Of a DNA stretch of 64,000 nt, positions 48,701 to 60,700 are shown in pieces (position 1 is the first letter of the stretch; the number at the start of each line of letters is the position of its first letter). Location: positions 124,001 to 188,000 of the forward strand of contig JAYWIR010000013.1 of the NCBI GenBank assembly GCA_036172245.1, read 5' to 3'. Below the pieces are notes generated by a model. The model did not search any database. It was given only the letters and a program-made list of their open reading frames with translations, and had not been told where the DNA came from. This DNA comes from Raillietiella orientalis (taxonomy: Eukaryota). A program made the translations under genes and the position numbers.

Positions 48701-51700
48701 TGCCTATCCTCGCCCCCGTCCTTTGAATCCTCGAGAGTGCCGAGTCCACCGCTCAGCACCTCCGAGGTGCGGAGCGTGAATTGAGGAGAAGAACCCCTCT
48801 TTCGAGCCCCTCTGGAAGCCGGGAAAAGAATCAAGCACCCTTTCCCATCTAGCATCTCACGGGAGCGTACAGCGGCCTGACCTTCTTGTACCGATCATCC
48901 TGCAGAAGACTCGGATTCTCATCGCGTACCAAAAGGCGTTTTAGATCTCATGAGGGGCCAACCGGGATCCAGTAGCCCTGCCCAAGGTCCCTGGCTCGGG
49001 CAGGGAGATCCATTTCCGGAAAGCATGTCCGACTTGTCTGCAGCACCAATTGCGAGGAGGAAAAGAAGAACGGCGGCTCTGCATCCGCAAGCGCTCATGA
49101 GGTGTGTCCGAGCCATGCGGGGTGTCTTTGGTCATCGCCTCGGGGTAAGAAGAAGTAAATCGGATTCGGGAAGGGTGGGAAGTGGAAAGGAAGTGCGGGT
49201 CACGGTGACACTTCCGCGTTACCATCGAACAGGAAGGCTACCTCCCTTCTGCAGTGGATGAGAATACTCATCCCGCTTGATCTCTGATTCCCACCCTGTC
49301 CTCTCCGCGCCTCCCATCCCATCCACCCAAGAGAAAGTGTGCCGATTCTACTTAGAGAGCCCACCATGCCAGAGCACGCCCACCGGCGCGCGCGAGCGGA
49401 GGCATCCGAAAAATTCTTGGTGGCACCCTCTGAGAGGGTGGAGCCCCACGCAGTGCGAATCCAGCGGAGTTACAAATGCTTCAGGGCGCGATCCGGAAAG
49501 CGCCTCCGCCTGCTCTACTTCCCTCGCTTCCGACGTCACTCCGTCGGGAGCGAACCATCAGGTTTCAGTGTGGAAAGTTCGGAAATCCTCATTCACAAGA
49601 AACTCCCTCGAAGTGGGATGATCGGACGCTCCAGCGCGCCACCGCAGACGCGTCGTTCTGGGAGGAAGGGCGAGGGGCCGTGCAGCACAGGCGAACGAAA
49701 GTCTCCCCGTTTCCTCTTTGCAGCACGTCGGGTGCGACGGCGCCATCGGATCTGCTCTCGAGGATGACAGGTGCGGGAAGTGCGGCGGCAACGGCGGCAC
49801 CTGCAGCGTCGTTTCGGGGACTTACGAGCAGGATCCTCTCTCGCCGGGTTACCACCAGGTTACCAGGATCCCAGCGAGAGCCCGAAGCATCAACATAACG
49901 GAGAGCAGTCCCTCTGACAACCTGATTGGTAATGCCGACCTTCCCATTTGAGCGAGCGCTGGTGGATAGGGCAGTGAGTAAGGCGGCAGTCCCCCTGCCA
50001 CCGCGGTGGGATCGGTATCTCCTTCCGTGGTTTTCTTCTCAGTACCAAACTAAGAAATCCGGTCGAATAACACCACCGATATACAGACAGCAAGCAGGAC
50101 AGTGCGGTTCTGTCATTTGTCGGGTATACACAGCGGGGTAATCTGGTTCTACCAGTCGCCGGTGTACATACAGCAGGCAGGGCAGTCCAGTTCTACCAGT
50201 TGCCAGTGTACATACAGCGGGGCAGTCCGATTCCACAGTCGCAGATATACGGAGACCTATGTATAGAGAGATCGGCAGCGGTAATGGATGACTCTCATCT
50301 TGCACGGTCTTTGCGCATCTATCTTTCGGCCTGCTTCTCTGTTGTCAAAAAAGGCTGCAATTACTTGGGCTAATAGCACCTTCTGCTTCTTTGGAAATCT
50401 TCCTTCGTGATTCCGGAGATGATAGCCCTCCTGCTTCCGAACCCTGTAATTTGCAGTTTTTATCGGAGGACCCCCCGCGTGGTTCAGAAGAGTGGCGTAA
50501 ACCGTTTTTCTCCTCCTCCCCTTTTTTTGCTGACCACATAGCCTCTGCCGGAATCTCTCTGTTGCCGCTTCCTCCGTGATCTTCCCTGTCTGCATGCAGA
50601 GCCGGTATTCTCTTTGGTTTGGGAGAGGAAGCTCCTCTCCCAAACCAAAGAGAGGGTCTTTTAGAGGGGAGTGGTGGGATCACCGATTTCCATCGGATTG
50701 ACCCGGGAGAAGTCGCAAGTACTCTGAAACACGGCGAGACCCGCGAAGACACGAACGCCGGTCCTGCAGCTTCTGGAGAGCAAGAGGGAGATTTCCCGGC
50801 TGCCGAACGAGTCCATCGCAGCAACAATGGAGAAGCCCTTCCGGGTGCCTCGTCACGTCGACAATAGAATGGGAAGTTTCTGGAAGGAACGCTTGGTAGT
50901 TTCGCTCCTCTCCGGTGTTGTAGCATCCTCCAAGAGTGGAACCGCACCATAGGAGCCGCGATGAATTCGCGGAATATCTCCTTGGCGCCCGCGGCTGCTG
51001 AGGAACCGTCATGGAAGAAGTGGGGCTCCTCTCGCTGCGTTCTGGAGAGACCACGTGGGTTTCCGTGTCTCCTTCGCTGGAGCTCATGACAGCCCTCAGT
51101 GATCTCGCAGGGGCAAGGCGTGGCCGCTGGACGAGCTTCCTCGGGCTGGCGCCGACTCTCCACCCGTGAATTGGCGCATCATCCGTATCATCGAGCTCGC
51201 ATCTATCGGGGGCGCAGGATGCAGCAAATTCGAAGGCTGCCTATTCCTTGAGCTCGCCTCGGGCACATGAAAACCGGGTGTCATCTCGCGGAGCTCAGGG
51301 ATTCTCTCCTGATCTTTCTCGGATGGAGGTCTCGAGAACCTGTAGACCCGTGATGATGACGGAGAATCCGCTGCGGCGGCTCCTGGAAAAAGGATGTTGA
51401 ATCCAGTGGCGCGCTTGGACCTCACATGTATCTGCTGCGCTGAGACGTGCTGCTGTTGACGACTCGGGTCCACACGGGAGCGCGCGGCGAAAGGCGTCAT
51501 CGCGGGTCAATTGGAGACCGCAAGGCTGCCTTGACTCGATGCAACGAGGTCCGCACAGCACCTCCGGTCGGAGATCCCCCATTCGGTGTAGGGAAAGGCC
51601 ACGAAATTCGGTGGATCTCTGGAAGGCGGCTGGGCACTCCACCTTCTTCTGCTCGCCCTCTCCCCCTCCTCGACGGGGACCTGGGAATTCATGGCACCCG

Positions 51701-54700
51701 AACGGGATGCCTCTCCTTTCGAGCTGACCCCGGGAAGCAGAGACGTCTCTTCGGGAACTATGTTGATCTTCCAGATACCGTCATTAAAGGAGTGCTGTCT
51801 GCCGCGTCATGCGGGCACACGCCTGCCACTTGGGAAACGGAGGAAATGACTCTTCCCTGTCGAGACGGGAGGAGGGGAAAGGATCCAATCCGGAGGTTTG
51901 CTGGCGCCCTTCTTCGTTTGAGATGACGTCACACAATCAGTTTTCTCCTCCAATTCGTGGTCAGAAGGCGCTCCGGGGGGGCGTCCACCGGTCGCAACGT
52001 TCCGAATAAGCCTCGGATTACGGCGCACTCCCAACGAACTCACGCCTCTCTCGCTTCCTCTCTAAGTCGGGGTTTCCAATGAGGAGACCTGACGGCCATC
52101 ATTCTTCCTTCTTCTCTTCATGGGCGTCGAGGGAGCTCTCAGAGGTCTGAACGACGGCGAGGGGTAGTTGCCTAGCCACTTCACTTACCCGCGCGCACCC
52201 TCCGCCCCGCGATCCCGGGAATGAAACAGACCTGCGATCAGGATTCCGTGGGAAGGGGGTGACTCCGAGGACTAGGAGGTCTGGCGACTGATGGTGCGAT
52301 CACTGGAACGCTCTTCCCTGCCTTAATTCCGCGCCGTCTTCCTCTCCTTCCCAATCAGCCAAAGAGTTTGTTGAAATTCCAGATGGGAAGCCTCCTCCAT
52401 TAGGAACCTGCTGTAGGCCGACAAGCATTTCTCGAGAAGCTAACGAACCACCGGCTGCATCCGATCCCACCTTTCCCCCCGTCAATTCAAAGGGTGAACA
52501 CCAGCGAACTGTGGGAAGCATCTCTCCCGTCCCTTCGGTCTTTCGCCTTCCGAGGACGACGGCAGGGGTGTGAGCCCCAGCAAGGAAATCAGGGTGGCCA
52601 CTTTATGAGAAGGAGGGCCAAAGCACTCGGTGCTTCCTGCTAATGGCGCCCCGATCGGCTCCAGAAATCGTCGGCTTAAGGAGGACTGAAGGGGGCTGAC
52701 GGGCCACGAGAAAACCGCCCTGCCGCTGGAAGCCCTGCGGGGGTCTGTGTGCTCCTGGCCGTGGGTGGCTGTCTCGGATGAGTGGCTGCTGCTGGGTAGG
52801 CGCCGTTCGGAATGTTCTTCAGGCGTAGCGTCCGGCTCGGTTCGCCTTGCTTGCGTAGAGTCGGGAAGAGAGCCCGGGACGAACACGGCAGCAGCAGCGC
52901 GTATGACGAATGTGCAGCAATTGATCTTTCACGATCGTGCCATCTTTCGGATTCTATTCATTCTCCTTGTGCGATTTATTCTCGAGTTCCCACATGGGCT
53001 AGTTTCGCTTATGGCATTTGACCTCGCTGCCGCGGGCACATCCTCCCTTCATCTGAGCATCTCGATTTACCCCTGCATTTCTCACGCTTTCCTCCCACTT
53101 CCTGAGATGCATTTGCTTCTCGAGAATCGCTTCCTTGCCCCGGAAGCTGAGACAGGACCCGAAGGCATCCCGAGAAATGCGCTTGAGTGGTTAAAAAACC
53201 TCCGGCGAAGGCGGTTCCCGAACAGGACCTTGAAGATCCTGAACCTCCCGGAGCCGAGGAAATTGGCCAGAAAACTGGGGTTTTCTGGGCCCCGCGTTGG
53301 ATCGGAGGGTGTTGAACAACCGTCCTCCTAGAGGATTGCGTTCTACGCCACCCGAAGGTGCGTAGTTACTCCCCAAGTTAGGGGGAGACTCCAGAGGGAC
53401 CACTACCCTGTAGATTCAGGAGGGTTCCGGAGGAAGGAGTCCTTTTTTCTTACGCTTGGGAGGGAATCCTCTTCCTTGTTCTCTCTGAAAGGGATCGTTT
53501 TTTCCACGAGGGGAGCTCGGAAAGGATCCACTCCTTGATTTTCCTCTCCAAAGAGCACCCGTTAGGGAACCTCTCCCCGTTTTATCCTCCTCTGAAGAGA
53601 ACCCGGAAGGGACTTCCCGAATTCTCTGAAGGAATGCTTCCTGAAGGGAGCGGTGCTCTCTGAAGAGGTATCGATCCACCAGCTCCGTGGTACTCGATGG
53701 AGTTCCCCCCCCCCGAAAAGGGGGGCTTTATTCTTACAACCGGAGGTAAATCCCGAAAGGTTCGTTAATTTCTGGGCGGAACTGGAGGATCAACCTTCCC
53801 GTCCCGGCCAGTTCAGCCAGGGCATCTGGATTGCACCAATGCCGCACCTGAAGTCTCAAAAGCCAGCGGGCGTCATCTTGCGGGGGGACTCGAAACCCAC
53901 CCTTCATTTCTCGGCGTCGATCCTTCCCTGGGTGGGATTCGAACCCCCGACGCTCTGGTATGCCGCGCGAGCGGACACCTCAGCCACGCGGCTGCGGAAC
54001 GGGGACACTCGTCTGAGGTCTTTTTGCCTTGATGCCCTTGTTTGTCCGACAGCAGCGCTCACCCGTCTCCTCTCCTCCGTTCCATTCTTCCCGAGAAGCG
54101 ATTTCCTCGTCTCAACTACCTGGACAATTTCCCAGGCTTGTCTGCGCTTCCTGAGGAGAGCTCTCCTTCCGCATGATCAGCTGCCACGGAAGGAAGCTCC
54201 ACGGAAGGTTGGGATTGGACGGCGAGCGCGAGCTCGCTGGCACACACGGAAGAGGAAGCAGGAGGGAGCTCTTTAGAGCAATCCGCTTCATTATCACCAT
54301 CATCAGCATACGGTCTTTCAGTGCATCTCTTCGTCATCTCTTCTTAGACCCTGATTCGCTCTCATAGCCGCTATCCCAACCTTGGCCTTCCCCCTCCCTA
54401 GCAGGAGACGTTGCTATGCACTCCCTTTCGACCAGAAATTCAACTCAGCTCTCCTTGATCTCTACTCTATTCCAGCACCTTTTTTGATTTTTCGGACATC
54501 CCGGAGTCCAATCCTCAGTCGCGAGTTCCTGGCTACTGATCTCCCGGGAGCGTCCGATCTTGTGCAGCTGGGAACGCCCTTCGTCTGCGCGTTTCTCAGC
54601 TGAGTTGCAGATCCACCGGCCGCCGCTCCGAAAGATCACGAAAAGAATCTCCTCCCTTGCTCAGCGCACCACCATGGGCAGGTCTCGGTGGTAGAGCGCT

Positions 54701-57700
54701 CTCCAGAGCCGCAGCAGAGCTCCTGCTTCGATCATCCTTCTCCGTGTAAAGCGAGGCTGGGAATTACTCTCCTTTCGGAACGATCCGTGACAGGGAAGAG
54801 GGATGCGAGGCCGGGGTGAATCACATATCTCATCCACCCAGCCTGCCGACGAGGGCTAGATGCTCTCTCTTGCTGTCTCTTCCTCGTCCCAGTTCACACA
54901 TCTCAATGTCTTTCAGCGCTAAGGTCGGAAAACGGAGTCTTCCTGTTCAACGGGAATGCCGAAGGGAGCTTCCCAGGAATGTACAGAGGATCAGGAGCAA
55001 ACTTCCTGTATTCCATCAAGCCTGGATCTTCTCTGGAGAAAGCATCTGCGAAAGGTCCACTCCTGGAATATGTCGATGTCCTGGTAACTGACTCACCGCA
55101 TTCATCCCTTATCACGTCTTCGTTTTTCCCGTTGCTCCGCGGGTGCGCGACATGGACTTGATCCGATCTACCCGCGTCCTCGGTACAGGGCGGCTTCCCT
55201 GGCATGCGATCCCTGATGCGAGTCTCTCAGCAGGCTCGCTCCGGAGGGAAACGCACGCGAGGCTTCTTTGCAATTCGCCCGAACTTCCCTCCTTGCTGAT
55301 GGCAAGTGGAACGAGCGGGAATCACAGTCACAGAAGCCTCGAAAGGGGTGCCGTAGTTTCCAAAACATCCGGTAGGCAGATGATGGATGCCCCCGTGCGC
55401 GAGGGAAACCCGCAGTTTCCGTATTGCTCGAACACCTTCCCCAAGAGAGAAGAGCACAGAGGAGGCGGAAGGCACAGAGCAGGCACAGAGGAGAAGGAAG
55501 AACCCGTGATTTCTCGACGAGCTCCCAGCACTCTGAGCAAGGCATCGGAGGCTTAAGCTTGGCGCCCGAGAGCGACTAAGGTTCAAGGAAGAAAAAAGTT
55601 GAAAGCACTTTGACGACAGAAGCTGGAGGGCCGTTTCTGATGGCATCTTGCCAAAGAAGCTTCCACGAGCCACATGTCTCTCCGACCTAGGAGCTAGAAG
55701 ATATACCGGTGGATTCTGGCAGCAGAGAGATGCGGCTGCGCGGAAGGGGGAGAGAAAGGGCAGGAGTACAGGAAACGGATGAAAGGAGGGATCCAAGTCA
55801 TGGACACATCATAACTTAAACAGAAACACCTTTGCAGCGAAAGAAGATTGCTGGCATGCGGTTGCGCCTTCCGGAAAAGAGAGCGGAGGTTGAAGGCGCA
55901 GAAGTTAGCGCAGTCGTCTCTGGAAGCTCCTTGCGAACACTCCTCTCCAGGTTAGCGCGAAGACGAAACGGGAGGAGTCACTCCATCGGGCTGGGATGTG
56001 TCGGTGGACACCTGCGGCGGCACCAATCAAACGTGAGAACGATTTCTCCATGCCCTCAGGGCTGCGCAAGTCCGGAGGCCGCGAACCTCGGGACCCACTG
56101 AAACGCCTCTTCAAGAACTCCTGCAAAATGTAAATTTGGCTGCGATCCAGGCAGTGTTTCGGCGTTTGCGATCGCAGACAAGGACAGTTCCGCTGCCTCC
56201 AGGCGAGTCTGCGAGTGACGAACTGCAGCCAAAGCGGTGAATTGGCAACAGCTGACGGCTCCCCGGGTGGAAAGAGATAGATGCTCAGGTCGTCCTCTGA
56301 TGTTCTTTGCAAATACACACCTCTACCTTTCCCCCTTCCATTCCCCCGATACCATTGAAGAACGCCCTCTCGGTGGTCGAGCTAGAAAGAAGTCATTCCT
56401 ACGGAAGCAGGAACTGCCTAGTGGCTGGGAAAGCATGAAAAGTGGCCTCCGCTGGCTCGATCGATATTGCACTTAGCGTTTGTCCTCACATCTGAGCGAA
56501 GGTGCTCGGAGGTTGCAGTGGCAGAGGAGGTCACGAGTCTGCTGTTCAATCCGCTGTCGAAGAAACCGCGAAAGCTCGTGAAAAACGCGGAATCGCAGAC
56601 CACCCTAGGGTACGAGACCCTTGCTCTTCGAACAATTCTTCTGAAGCTATGGAAAGATCACTCCTGCAAGAACGTGCTCGGAGACGCTTCGCAGCCAAGG
56701 AGGAGGAAATTTTTCTCCGCCTTGCGAGAGAGAGTTAAGAACGCGGGTGAAGCAAGGAGGGCGAAAGATGCTCCACGAACAGGACGTCACAAACGGAATC
56801 CACGTGAGAGAAAGAGAGAGAATATGAGGTGTAGTGCCTGTTTCCTCCGGTGACGACTGCGCCTTCCACTTCCATGGGCGCTGACAGTGCCAATCTGGAA
56901 ACCAAGTCTCAGTGATCCAATACTCGAAGCGGAAAGTTGAAACGAAAAGATATCAACAGATTGTGGACGTAGAAGGGTCTTGGAGGTGAAAGGAGGGAGG
57001 TTTCAGCTACAGGGAGTTAATCCTCTTACAGCAATGTTGGAAGGGAACAAAAAGAAATGACGTAGGGGCGGTCCATTCGGTTGACCGCCTGAGAGCGGGA
57101 TCCAGAAGAAAGGAGGTGACTTCATCAATCCCCTCTACACACACACATACACGCACGCTTCGCTGTCTGTCTGTCTCTCTCCTACCCCAAAAATCAATCA
57201 GATCTTTCGTCTGAAGCCCACTCTGAACGCGAGCGGGAGAAAATGCAACCGTCTTCATCCCCCTCCCCTTTCCACCCCTATCATCAACAACCTCAGACTG
57301 AGTTTCGCTTCCGTGCAGCATTCGGTCTCACACCGCTGTCTCTTTTAAGGTTTACTCCTGGGGAAAGGCCAGCCGGCTAGAATACACGTACTCCATAGAC
57401 TCAGAGGACTCCGGTAAGTTCAGTAGTCGTGTCTCCTACAGGATCCTTCTCCTTCAACCATTCCAGCAGCCTCTTCCTGGGCCACTTCTCCCCAGCGCAG
57501 CCTGGAGAAAAACAAAAGGTCTGATGTCTATGATCAGAGGGGCTCCTACCGGAAGCCACGCGGCGATGAAGTGGAGATGGGAATCCCTCTTGGCTACAAC
57601 GAGACGTCATCCGGTGAAGTGCCCAAAAGGAGGCGCCATGAGAAATTCATGTGGAAAACGGTGCAGTTCGGGGAATGCAGCGCCACTTGCGGGAGAGGTA

Positions 57701-60700
57701 TGGACATCGATTTATCTTCCCCCATCTTCACCCCATCCCGACTTTCATCTTCTCTCTTTTCAGGAGTGCAGAGACCTATGGTGAGATGCATCGATGTTAG
57801 ATCCTTCCGGATCGTCGGGGACCACCTGTGCCAATGGAGCAGGAAGCACAATCCCGCTGGCGTTCCCTGCTACAAAGGACTCTGTCCTCCCAGGTTGGTG
57901 CGCGTGGGCGCGCGCACCCTGAAGGGGGAGAAGGGGGTGGAGGAGCCGGAACTAGAGCGGGCCGCCCTCAGTTGGTTTCCGGTAGGGTGGAGCAGCTGCA
58001 ACGCCTCCTGCGGGAACGGCACGAAATTCCGCTCCTTCCTCTGTAAGAAGGAGATCTCCTCGAAGTCCTTCGTGCCCGTTCCCGACGCCTCCTGCGGCTT
58101 ACCTCCTCCGGTAGAGACCAAATCTTGCAAGAGCAGGCCGTGTTCCCGGTGGTTTGCAGATCCGTGGACCCAGGTAAGCTCTCGGTGTTTATTCGCGCAT
58201 GCTTCTCTCTTGTTGCCATGCCCAAAGTTTCCATCAATGGTTCGCAGTACCATTTCCTTCTTTTTTTTTTTTTTTTGAGATCACTAGGGAGCAAGGTGTT
58301 ATCTAGTGATCTCATCTCTAATCCCCCTCTTCCTCACCCAACCACACTCACACACAAAAACAAAAAGTAAAGTGAGTTTGCGAGATGCTTCGTACAATTT
58401 GTTCCTCTCTGGAAGGAATGATTTTTGCTAGCAACCTTGCTGGACACATCCTAGTACAGAAACGTCCTCCTTGGATCTCGATCCATCGTTCTCGGCTGTT
58501 GCTGGGTTGCGCGTGGCGGAGCATTGGCTCCTGGATCTGCACTTAAGAGGAGTCCCCTAGCAGTCCCACGGCAGCCGCATATTCCTTTTGGAACTATGAG
58601 ATAGCGTCCCAGTGACCCGCAGCCCAGTGGCGCCTGAAGATGACTGCTATTTGATGTGCGACGACAGACCCTGCGGGACTCGTCACCGCTCACATCCGCC
58701 AAAGAAGAGACCCTCTTCGTGGATCGAGGGGCGGACACTGCCTGTGGCAAGCAGGCAAGGTCGGCAAAAACGTCACAGAAGACACCACGGAACACGAGGA
58801 GACGAGAGAAACACGGCAGACGTTCCAGGGGGGCTGCTCCTTCAAACACACCAAGAACCGGGATGAAATGTGCGAGGGAGCGCGACAAGAACGGCTTTGC
58901 TCACGCTCCCGTTTGGTGGTGACACGGACTCCACACTCACACCCAGCCGTGGTGGCGGGAACCACTTGATCTGTGACGATCGGTCTCGCCTCCCACAGTC
59001 TTGCTGGTGGGCGGGAGGCTGCATCTTCCAAGGAAAATTGATGGCACAGTGTCTGCTGGAGAGGGAGCTCTGACTCTGCAGCATGCAAAGACAGAAGTGA
59101 GAGCCCTTGTGGCCGTGCCTGGTTGAAAACAGAGAGGAACCGCTACCACCCCCCGAACAGCATCGGGTGCTAGCACTAACCGTCACCGACGCTTAGGGGA
59201 AGAGAAAACACGTGGTCTTGGGAGCGCCAGGTCATCATCCCTCGGTGACCCAGAACCGCATCCTGTGAGCAGAAAGTGCCGAAGCTCACATGCTGGAGGG
59301 TGTACCGGGCTGTGATGGTGGAAGATTTCCTTGTAAGGGTGAAACGCGTGCGAAAACTCTGAGCGAAACTACTCCTGGGCGCGATTCCCCTTCCCGTTTC
59401 CGGAAACGGAAGAACATCCATGAAAGTCAACTTTCGGGGAGGAAATGGGTACCTGTGGAGTTCCCCAGGCGGAAGGATTCCCAGGGGAAAAGATGACCTT
59501 TTTCCATTGAAAAATCATCTTGTGGTGCAGCTCCGGAGCCATCAACCCAAGGTAGCTCTTCCGGTGTTGGAGTTGGCTCATTAGGACCTCAGGTTCCGTC
59601 TAAGGAAAGGAGGAGGTTGGCAGCCCCGAAACCGGTTTGGCTTTCTTCAGGAAAGTCCTCAAGATGGTCTCCCCACCGTCCCTCCTTCGCACTCTTTCCA
59701 GAGCTTTTTTCACTTCGTCAGGAGCATCTCTCTGTCTTTCCTTCTCTGATACCTCGCGGTGGCCCAACGAAAGGCGACGTCTCGTCTTGCAGCACAGGGC
59801 ACTCGTTTTCTGGCGGGTACTTCGTGGCCGCCTCTGAGGGTCCGCCAATCTCCCTAGGGAGACGAAGTGCTTGGCCGACGGCGTTAAGGGCGGAAGAACG
59901 GACAGATGAAAAGCGCATGTCAGTGCTGACACGATGGCAAACCTCCTCGGATGGAAGTCCCCAAAGGGCGCACTCTGTTGTCAACGAGTAAAGGGTCCGA
60001 GGCGCCCTTCTCTCTACAAATGCCGCAGAGGACCCTGAGACACGAGCGAGAGGGGAAAAACGGGGTGCGTCGGTGACTGTGTGGCTGTGATCTCCACGAG
60101 TGGCACCGGGCGTCGTGGGTTCGAATCTTTCTGTAAAGGACCGACGCCAAGAAATGGGGGATCGAGTCAAGGGTTTCGAGTGCTCTCCTTCCGAAAGGAT
60201 GTCGCTGGTTGGCTCCGGATGGCTTCGAGGAAGATACAGATGGAAACCGGGAACTCCTGGATGCCCCGTGGATTGGATTGGAAGTTGACTCCCTCCTAGG
60301 AATTAAGGAACCCTTCAGAGTTCCCCTTCGGTTGCGAAGATGTAGCCGTCCCTCCCATCTCAGGAGGAACCCTCCATCGCGTACCATGGAGCTGGTTGGC
60401 ACCCTAGTCGAAGTATCTTGCAAGCGCACTGCTTCCTTTGGGGAGTGGACACTACAAGAAACTGGGAAGCGTCCCTTTGGGGTTCCCTCCGGAGAAGTTC
60501 CAGGATGGGATTCTTCCCGGGTTGCCTCTGAAAAAGAAACGAGGAGCAGCCCCCTTTGGGGGATCTTTTTGGAGGGAATGAGGGAGAGGTTCCCTTCGAG
60601 GTTCCCTTCGAAGACAGTAGAAGAAGGATTTCCTCCCAAGATCAAGAGGAAGGAACTCCTTTCTTCGGAGCGTTCCTGGATTCATAGGCGGTGCCTCCAG

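Noticed and set aside
50078..50250. CRISPR-like array
   Set aside because: Eukaryotic intron, degenerate head-to-tail units with no unique spacers; a minisatellite.
50345..51500. 272-aa minus-strand ORF in an ADAMTSL intron
   Set aside because: No convincing motif; probably decayed TE or chance ORF.
53920..54000. Functional tRNA gene
   Set aside because: A B-box/T-arm is present, but there is no proper acceptor or anticodon stem and no oligo-T terminator; better explained as a SINE head.
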